A stretch of DNA of 64,000 nucleotides from Candidatus Hydrogenedentota bacterium (GTDB taxonomy: Bacteria > Hydrogenedentota > Hydrogenedentia > Hydrogenedentales > SLHB01): NCBI GenBank assembly GCA_963674865.2, contig CAXXYE010000003.1, positions 32,001 to 96,000 on the forward strand, given 5' to 3'. Both the position numbers and the translations under genes were made by a program. Under the pieces are notes generated by a model. That model did no database searches and was not told where the DNA came from. It worked only from the letters and a program-made list of their open reading frames with translations. This document shows positions 57,342-64,000 of this stretch, piece by piece; position 1 is the first letter of the stretch; each line of letters opens with the position of its first letter.

Positions 57342-57791
57342 ATGGAGCCGGCGATCGCTGAACGAGACAGCTTCACGGTTGTGGGCGTTGTAGCACGCGG
57401 CGATGCGTCGAGTCTGGACTTTGCGGCCATCTGGACAGAGCGATTCATGGCGTACTACGCCCTGCTCATGCCTCGCAGTTCGGATAAGGCCTGCTATGGC
57501 GTCAGCTTTGCTACCGAGCGCGCCGGCATCATCGACTACGTGGCGGGCATGGCTGTGGATGATGTACCCGATCTTCCCGAGGGCCTTGTCGTGCGGGAGG
57601 TCCTCGCGGCGCGGTACGCCGTATTCCGATGTACCGTAAATACCATCGGTGAGACATACGAACGCATCTTCAAGGAGTGGCTCCCCTCGGCGCAATGCCA
57701 ACACGATCCATCCGCACCTGCCTTCGAATTCTACCCGCCCGGCACTGTGGGCGGGGAGTCCCCCGTGCAGATCCACATTCCGTTGAGATAG
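57342..57791 (+). CDS. GyrI-like effector-binding domain protein
   Basis: FTVVG...IW.RF...YGV...YVAG...YAVF...IFKEWLP...FEFY pattern; GGAGG RBS. Confidence 0.8.
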   Translation: MEPAIAERDSFTVVGVVARGDASSLDFAAIWTERFMAYYALLMPRSSDKACYGVSFATERAGIIDYVAGMAVDDVPDLPEGLVVREVLAARYAVFRCTVNTIGETYERIFKEWLPSAQCQHDPSAPAFEFYPPGTVGGESPVQIHIPLR

Positions 57792-57883
57792 AACGGCCCA
57801 TCGCTTTTCGGGCAGGCGATGTTGTGCCGGCTCGCCTGACGCGTCCCCTACGGAAAGCCAACTGCCCGGCAGAGTCCCGCAAT

Positions 57884-59746
57884 CTACCGTATTCGCACCA
57901 AGGCGTGACGGAACTGGCCAAGGTAGTGCTCGCCCCAGGTAATGCGGAACGGGATCGCGTAGAGCCCTGGTGCGGCGTGCTCCGAGGCCTCGATCCACAC
58001 ACGGGCCGCGCCGTCGGGGCGTTCGCACCAGGATGCCGCAAAACCGTCCGTACGGCTGGGCACCTGCACCTGTCCGCCGCCTCGTTCCGTGTCCCAACGC
58101 CATCCCTCGGGAAGAACCGGAGCAACCTGCGCCTGCACCAGCTCGTCGCCGTGATTGGTGAATTGGACGTCGATGGCCGCCGTTCCGCCGGGGCAGATCT
58201 CCTGCTCGTAGGGGCACGTGCGCACCCACCATTCATCCACGGCGAAATCGGCGTTCGGCCACGGAACCAGCTCCTCGATCAGCCGCTCCCGCGTCTCGAG
58301 CATGTTGTCCATGTAATCGAGTTGCTCGTCCGTGAATGTGAACGCCTTGCCCTGATGCTCGTTCATAATGAAATCCGGCTTGCACTGCCGCCAAATCTCG
58401 ATGCACCGGCGAAAACCGCGACCCTTCCCCAGGAAGTTCCGGTTTCCGCAGCAGTGATCGTCGATGCCCGTCGGCGCGCCGGAATCGCCCGAGACGAACA
58501 GACGCTCACCGTGTCCCTCGACGAGCAGCCCGCTGTGATAGAGCGTCTGCCCCGGCAGGTGGAAGGCCGTCAATTGGAACTCATGCCACGTCCACGATTC
58601 GCCGTCTTGCGTTGCCCGTGCCACCGGGGCGTTGCACTGCGCGATGCAAGGCAGCAGGAAGCGCTGCGGATGCTCGATGATCTCCACCATGTGTCTATCG
58701 GTGATGATGGGGCAGCCGAATATCGTCACCACCCGCTGCAGCGCGTCCACGTGATCGTCGTGGTAATGCGTGATCCAGCACCCCTCAACCGAGGTGATGG
58801 TCCCCTCATCGCGCCAACGCCGGAGGGTCGTCACCACGGAGTCGTGCCCGCAATCGATCAGTAACGCGGCGCCCGTCTCGGAGACGATGGCGAAGCTTGT
58901 GAAATCGACACGCCGGAACCAGTCGGGCGGCTCGCAGGTCGGTTCCGCTTTCAAACGCTGCGGATCGTCCTTCGTATCGTCGAAAAGATGTGGGAAATAG
59001 TGATTAAGCGATGACGTGGCCGTGTAATTCCGCCAAAGGGCATCGAGGCGTTCGGCCAAGAGGGCTGCGGCGCTTCGCGGGCCATGAATCACGTCGCCGT
59101 GGGATGGAACCAGCACTTGTGCATTCTCGGACACTTCCTCAAGACTGGCCAGCAGTTTGGCGCGATTCCCGATGAAGCCGTGGTAGTCGCCAATCATGGC
59201 GAATCCCTTTTGGAGCGAGTGCAAGTCCCAGACTTGCCCGGGGCCGTACAACACATCGCCCGAGAAGCACACGGTTTGTCCGTCCACTTCGACGACGTAT
59301 GACACGCTGCCATCCGTCGCACCGGGCGTATCCAGCACCGTGATGCGATAGCCTTCCCACTCGACGCTGTCGCCTTCCTGCACGCCTCGGGCCACGGGCA
59401 GCGCCTCCGCTGGCACCTGCGGGCCGGGCTGCTGTTGGTAGACGTGCCACCGGTTGCGCCAATCGTTCCAATGGGCCGCCGGATCCTCTATGAGCCGCCG
59501 TTCGGCCACGGGAACAACTAACTCCGCGCCTTGCCGAACGTATAGGCCGGCGCCTGCCGTGTTCGGCCGACGGTGTTGTGTGCACAGAATCATGTCCACG
59601 GATTTCACGCCCAGTTCGCGCAGCCGCTCCGGCGTCACCGTGTCGCAGCAGTCGAAAAGAATGGCCCTATCGCCGGAGATGAGCACCCCTGTGTTGATCC
59701 CTCCCGAGAGAACGTGAAGAGTTGACGAAATCTCAGTTGCTTTCAC
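57884..59746 (-). CDS. Tandem metallo-beta-lactamase-fold hydrolase
   Basis: Two MBL domains (TQHRRPNTAG..TPGAT..FSGD and THYHDDH..LPGQT..VSGD); GTG start with AGGAG RBS. Confidence 0.8.
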   Translation of the reverse strand: MKATEISSTLHVLSGGINTGVLISGDRAILFDCCDTVTPERLRELGVKSVDMILCTQHRRPNTAGAGLYVRQGAELVVPVAERRLIEDPAAHWNDWRNRWHVYQQQPGPQVPAEALPVARGVQEGDSVEWEGYRITVLDTPGATDGSVSYVVEVDGQTVCFSGDVLYGPGQVWDLHSLQKGFAMIGDYHGFIGNRAKLLASLEEVSENAQVLVPSHGDVIHGPRSAAALLAERLDALWRNYTATSSLNHYFPHLFDDTKDDPQRLKAEPTCEPPDWFRRVDFTSFAIVSETGAALLIDCGHDSVVTTLRRWRDEGTITSVEGCWITHYHDDHVDALQRVVTIFGCPIITDRHMVEIIEHPQRFLLPCIAQCNAPVARATQDGESWTWHEFQLTAFHLPGQTLYHSGLLVEGHGERLFVSGDSGAPTGIDDHCCGNRNFLGKGRGFRRCIEIWRQCKPDFIMNEHQGKAFTFTDEQLDYMDNMLETRERLIEELVPWPNADFAVDEWWVRTCPYEQEICPGGTAAIDVQFTNHGDELVQAQVAPVLPEGWRWDTERGGGQVQVPSRTDGFAASWCERPDGAARVWIEASEHAAPGLYAIPFRITWGEHYLGQFRHALVRIR

Positions 59747-59863
59747 CGCCCAATCTCCTTGTGTCTTCCTTCCGAACGCAGCATGAGCATACACTGGATG
59801 TCCGGCGGAAGCGCTCTTCATCAGAGGGCGTCCCACTGCTCGTCGATGCAATGGGACGTGCCG

Positions 59864-60598
59864 TTACAGGCGTGGGATATAGGGCCGGATGCTCCGGCCG
59901 GCGAGCCATTTGAGTACGGGCCCGCGCGTGGCGTCAGTGAGGTAGTCAAACTCGATGCCGCAGTTGATTCGCCGCGCCTCACCATCATGTTTGGCCCAAC
60001 GTACCGTCCCCGCGCCTTCAATGCGCGTGAGGGCGCCCGAAGCGAGCTCCACACGGAACCCGATAGGGGAATGCGGCTTGGGCCTTGCTCCCGGGAAGCG
60101 AAGAAACATCCCCCCGCGCCCGAGTATAAAGCCCTTCTCTTCTTCGCCCTCAGCCAAATTGGTGAACTGGCGTTCCACAAACCGCTCACTCGCCTTTGCC
60201 GGGGCGGCGCTCCAGCGCGACTCCAGTGGGGACAGAAGACGAGCGACCCTCGTGACCAACGCCCGCAACCGAAACGGCTTCGGGACCAATGCCTCCGCGC
60301 CCAAGTTATACACCTCCATGGGAGCAATGTCCGCGTATCCTGAAATGAAGATCACAATTGGCTTACAAAGGTCCACCTCTTTCAGCCGGCGCAGAAGCTC
60401 GAGTCCGCTACTCTTGGGCATGCGGATGTCGCTGACGACGGCGTCCACCTGCTGAGACTGGGCAATCTCGAATGCTTCGAGGCCATTCTTCGCCAGAAGT
60501 GTCCGGCATCCCAATGACTGGAACTCGAATCGAAGCATCCCCAGCATGTCGGACTCGTCTTCCACCAGCAATACCGTAGCGCCCTGCAGACGTTCCAT
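59864..60598 (-). CDS. Response regulator with C-terminal PilZ-like domain
   Basis: LLVEDE, SDIRMP, FISGY, PKPF; then LGRGGMFL..G.VRW..CGIEF. Confidence 0.8.
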   Translation of the reverse strand: MERLQGATVLLVEDESDMLGMLRFEFQSLGCRTLLAKNGLEAFEIAQSQQVDAVVSDIRMPKSSGLELLRRLKEVDLCKPIVIFISGYADIAPMEVYNLGAEALVPKPFRLRALVTRVARLLSPLESRWSAAPAKASERFVERQFTNLAEGEEEKGFILGRGGMFLRFPGARPKPHSPIGFRVELASGALTRIEGAGTVRWAKHDGEARRINCGIEFDYLTDATRGPVLKWLAGRSIRPYIPRL

Positions 60599-60613
60599 GG
60601 GCAATTCCTCAGC

Positions 60614-62566
60614 TCATTTCCCGGGATGTATTTTGGGAAGCCTTATGACAAACCGCGTATGCGGGCTTTCGGGATCGATGAACAGCGTCCCACAATGATC
60701 TTCGACAATGCTCCTCGAGATGCTCAGTCCGAGGCCCATACCCTGCCCTACCCCCTTGGTTGTGAAGAAAGGATCAAATGCCCGGCCCGCGAGGTCCGGG
60801 GGCATGCCGCTCCCGCTATCCGTCACCGTCAAATCCACGACGTCTTCACGGTCCGTCACGCCAAGCTCGACCCACCGCTCCGGCGCATCGGCTACCGCAT
60901 CGTAGGCATTGTTCAGAAGATTGACGAGAACCTGAGATATCAAGGCTCGACGGCACTCAATCATAAGGCCGTCATCCACACTCGGAGTCTGAGTCCTGAT
61001 GCCCCTTAGCCTGAATCGAGTGCGCGACAGGGCAATACTGTCCTCGATGATGGCCTTGAGGGGCACCGCGGCGAAGGAGTCTCCGCTGGCGTCTCTGGCC
61101 AGGTTTTGCAGGCCGTGGATAATCTCGTCAATCCGATCCACATTGCGCATGATGATGCCGGTCAGGTTCTCGAGCATGTCGGTATCGGCGCTGGCGCGGG
61201 ATAGGAGCCGCTCGAGTTGCTCCGCGGCGGCCGAGATGTTGGCCAAAGGGTTCTTGACCTCATGCGAAATGCCGCCGGCCATCGTGCCAATGGAGGCCAG
61301 CCGGGAAGAGGCAATCATTTTGACCTGCTGAGCGGCAATGACCTGTTCTGTCCGTTTCCGCGCCGTGATGTCCACTGCCGTAGCCGTCATGAACGCCGGC
61401 TCGCCTTCTTCGCCGTAGATGATCGAACAGTTCATTAGTGTTGGAAAAACGGTGCCGTCTTGGTGTTTGTGCCAGACCTCTTCGGCTGTGAAGGAGCCCT
61501 CTCGCTTTAATGTCGTCAGTAATTTGTTAACACGCCCCATCTGCTCTGGCGTGTGGAATACCGAGAGGCTCGCACCCAAGATATTTTCAGGCGAGAGACC
61601 ATGCATGCCCGCGAACGACTCGTTTGCGTAGATGAGATAACCCGCTAGATCGACAATGGCGACCCCGTATCCCGCGTGATCCGCGATGGTCTTGAACTTT
61701 TTCAGTTCCTCTTCATGGCGCTTCCGGTCGCTGATGTCGCGGAAGAAAACGAGGTCAGCCGGCGCCCCGCGCCATGTCGTCCGTGTGGTGCCGACCTCGA
61801 CGGCCAAGGCCGTCCCGTCCTTGCGGACAATGCGTGACTCGTAGTGTTTGGGCGTGGACTCCCCTCGTAGCCGTTTTTCGAGGCGGGCGCAAAGCGCCGG
61901 AGTTTCCTCCGGGTGCGCCAGGCCCTGCATCCCTATCGTCAGCAGCTCCTCAAGGCTGTATCCTGTGAGCTCCGCCGCGCGCGGGTTTGCATACACATGG
62001 CGCCCCTCGGCGTCTGCCACGACAATACCGTCGAAGGCGTTCATTGCCAGCGCCTGGAAATTCGCTTCGCCCTGCCGCGCCGAATAGAGGGTCCCAAGAA
62101 TCGACGCGTACAGCTCGAGGAAGTTGACATCACTTTCGGTGATGGGCTCCTGCCGGCGCAGATTGTCGGTGACGACGAGTCCGATAGACTGTCTGCCGTC
62201 CCAGAGGCTTGCTGCGGCGAAGCTCCCGTGGCCGATCACCTCCCCGTCCACGTTGCGTAGCGGCCTGTCGTGCTCTACTTCCGACGCCTGTTCTCCAAAA
62301 AGCAGCGCGTGCCACTTCGAAGCGGGACGGATAGGCCGCCTCAGTGTGCGCTCGTCAAGCAATTCCCCTTGAGCCCCGATCCCAAAAGAACCTCGAAGGT
62401 ACGAGGGATCCGTGTCGACAAACCAGATCGCAATCCGATCAAAACCCAGGCGCTCCCGGCCCAGCTCGACGGCTATCCGGCACAGGTCGTCGACTGATTC
62501 CGCCTGGGCGAGGGCGCCCCAGACATCTGCGAGAACACCTAGACGCTCGAGGGATTTCTCCACCAA
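60614..62566 (-). CDS. GAF-PAS-PAS sensor histidine kinase
   Basis: Two PAS/PAC units (RDISDRKR, DITARKR), SHEVKNPL, NLLNNAYDA, FDPFFTTK, GMGLGL. Confidence 0.92.
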   Translation of the reverse strand: MVEKSLERLGVLADVWGALAQAESVDDLCRIAVELGRERLGFDRIAIWFVDTDPSYLRGSFGIGAQGELLDERTLRRPIRPASKWHALLFGEQASEVEHDRPLRNVDGEVIGHGSFAAASLWDGRQSIGLVVTDNLRRQEPITESDVNFLELYASILGTLYSARQGEANFQALAMNAFDGIVVADAEGRHVYANPRAAELTGYSLEELLTIGMQGLAHPEETPALCARLEKRLRGESTPKHYESRIVRKDGTALAVEVGTTRTTWRGAPADLVFFRDISDRKRHEEELKKFKTIADHAGYGVAIVDLAGYLIYANESFAGMHGLSPENILGASLSVFHTPEQMGRVNKLLTTLKREGSFTAEEVWHKHQDGTVFPTLMNCSIIYGEEGEPAFMTATAVDITARKRTEQVIAAQQVKMIASSRLASIGTMAGGISHEVKNPLANISAAAEQLERLLSRASADTDMLENLTGIIMRNVDRIDEIIHGLQNLARDASGDSFAAVPLKAIIEDSIALSRTRFRLRGIRTQTPSVDDGLMIECRRALISQVLVNLLNNAYDAVADAPERWVELGVTDREDVVDLTVTDSGSGMPPDLAGRAFDPFFTTKGVGQGMGLGLSISRSIVEDHCGTLFIDPESPHTRFVIRLPKIHPGK

Positions 62567-62865
62567 ATCACCCTGACTCCGTCACATAACCTGTGTCGCA
62601 CTGGCCGCGCTTCTCATCCCCGCGAAGATTGGTGCGGCCAGGAGGGAGAGCGTGGAGGTCCCGCTCCTCCCCTCCGGCAAAACACATGTACCATAAGCAT
62701 ATGCCATGTGACACGGTTGCGCTTATAATCGCAACCCCTCTCTATTATACAGGACACTCCGGATAATTGCAGTGCTGTCTTTCCGGCCACGTGCATCAAG
62801 TGCCGACTCAGAGGACCCCAGTGCGGAACGAATGCCGCGTCCCCCACCAGTGTGCACGCCGTTGT

Positions 62866-64000
62866 TCAGTCACCAAAGCCAAAAGCGTAGAGCGTCGCCG
62901 CCTCAAGTTCAAACCTCAGCGTAACCTGTTTTCCCAGATAGGGGCCGAGATCATGCGATCCGGGCCACATAATCGGGGCATTCGTGACGTTGCCCGAAAT
63001 GGGCACGCAGTTCTCGAGTCCCGGCACGCCGCTGCCGCCGAGCGCCACACGGACGACGCCCCCTTGGGCATCCGCCGTTACGTAAAGGTGTTTGCCGGAA
63101 CACAAGAACGGCTCGGTGACGATCGTGCCGGGAGGCCCTGCCTCGATTGTGGACAGCCCCGCGAAGCCGTCCGGCCGGAGCCGGGCCAGGCCCAACGCGC
63201 CGGCCCGCCATCCGGAATGGGGGCCATCGCTGCCCCCATAGTAGAGTCGGACCTCGTTCGGGAGAATAACCGGGCAAGCCGCGGCGTAGATGCACCCGCT
63301 ATCGAACGATCCCTCCTGCCCACGTGGTATCAACGGTGAGCCGGGGCATACGCGCGTCCAACGCACCGTGTCCGGACTCCATGCCAACTCGCAATCCACC
63401 ACGTCGGTGGTCGTGTCATACATCATGACGAGGCCCAGCCAGACATTGGCATGGCGAAACACCGGCATCGCGTACGGCTGCACGGCCTGGCTGCCCCGGA
63501 GTACCTCCACGGCTTTGGACCACCGCTCATAATCCGTACTCTCCGTGCGGCCGACGATGCGCTGGTTGTCTTCCCAGAGTCGAGTAATGCCCACGTAGCG
63601 CGCGTTCTCCTGGAACCAGAACGCGTTATTGTGCGTGTCGCCCTGCGCCTCGATCTCGGGACAGGCCTGGAAGGGCTCCCAGTGGAGTCCGTCGGGGGAC
63701 GTTGCGACTCCGCCCTGTGCAAATGCCTTGTATCTACGCCCCGGGTCGGAGTCGTGCCCATCGCGCCACACGCCGGTGCCGTGAATATGCCGCATAACCA
63801 GATTGTTGGCCGTCGAGCCCGCAAATTCCACGATCCCAAGTTCGGGCTTCTCCCAGTGAATCCCGTCTGTGGACTCGGCGTAGCACACGCCCATCTCACG
63901 CTTGCCCGGGCGGTACGGTTTCCCCTCGCGCTCCTCAGGCGGCGTGTTGGCCGTGACTTCATCGAGGATAAACGGGCAGTACCAGGCCCTGTAGACGCGC
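62866..64000 (-). CDS. Glycoside-hydrolase-like five-bladed beta-propeller protein; 5' end lies beyond the window
   Basis: CYAESTDGIHWEKP, SPDGLHW, YYGG, GLARLRPDGFAG; frame is open from 63894 to the window end. Confidence 0.7.
   Translation of the reverse strand, partial: RVYRAWYCPFILDEVTANTPPEEREGKPYRPGKREMGVCYAESTDGIHWEKPELGIVEFAGSTANNLVMRHIHGTGVWRDGHDSDPGRRYKAFAQGGVATSPDGLHWEPFQACPEIEAQGDTHNNAFWFQENARYVGITRLWEDNQRIVGRTESTDYERWSKAVEVLRGSQAVQPYAMPVFRHANVWLGLVMMYDTTTDVVDCELAWSPDTVRWTRVCPGSPLIPRGQEGSFDSGCIYAAACPVILPNEVRLYYGGSDGPHSGWRAGALGLARLRPDGFAGLSTIEAGPPGTIVTEPFLCSGKHLYVTADAQGGVVRVALGGSGVPGLENCVPISGNVTNAPIMWPGSHDLGPYLGKQVTLRFELEAATLYAFGFGD

Noticed and set aside
1..64000. tRNA, rRNA, prophage or an intact integrase/transposase gene
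   Set aside because: None recognisable in the sequence or the ORF track.

Overview
High-GC bacterial window from an anaerobe. The taxon cannot be determined from sequence alone; the mix of sulfatase, URO-D-family and hydrolase genes would fit Hydrogenedentota or Planctomycetota, but that is only a guess. Contents in order: (1) the 5' part of a uronate isomerase gene and an IS200/RAYT-like relic abutting a complete type II-C CRISPR-Cas9 locus (12 full repeats plus 1 truncated 36-nt repeat, cas2, cas1, a ~1048-aa cas9, and a tracrRNA with promoter and terminator). (2) A catabolic cluster with two URO-D/MtbA-like proteins, a sulfatase and an atypical glycyl radical enzyme that has no adjacent activase. 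(3) An [FeFe]-hydrogenase region (hydE, hydF, aspA, TM1266-type regulator, hydG, sensor kinase, hydA/hydB/hydC, response regulator) whose short beta subunit has non-bifurcating signatures. (4) Divergent from it, an fhs-hdrCBA-mvhD-metV-metF operon. (5) Hydrolases, a PaeR7I/XhoI-like restriction-modification pair and a two-component system. The most unusual signal is non-coding: three related integrase-less, integron-like platforms at ~18.0, ~47.2 and ~48.7 kb. All three share a non-coding motif. Two share a promoter, two carry stubs of the IntI C-terminus (LNRGGKGLRSPVD), and two have attC-like hairpins after their cargo genes. One platform sits between two diverged copies of the hydE 3' end; the other two carry nuclease/R-M cargo. 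All calls come from reading the sequence by eye; no searches were run.
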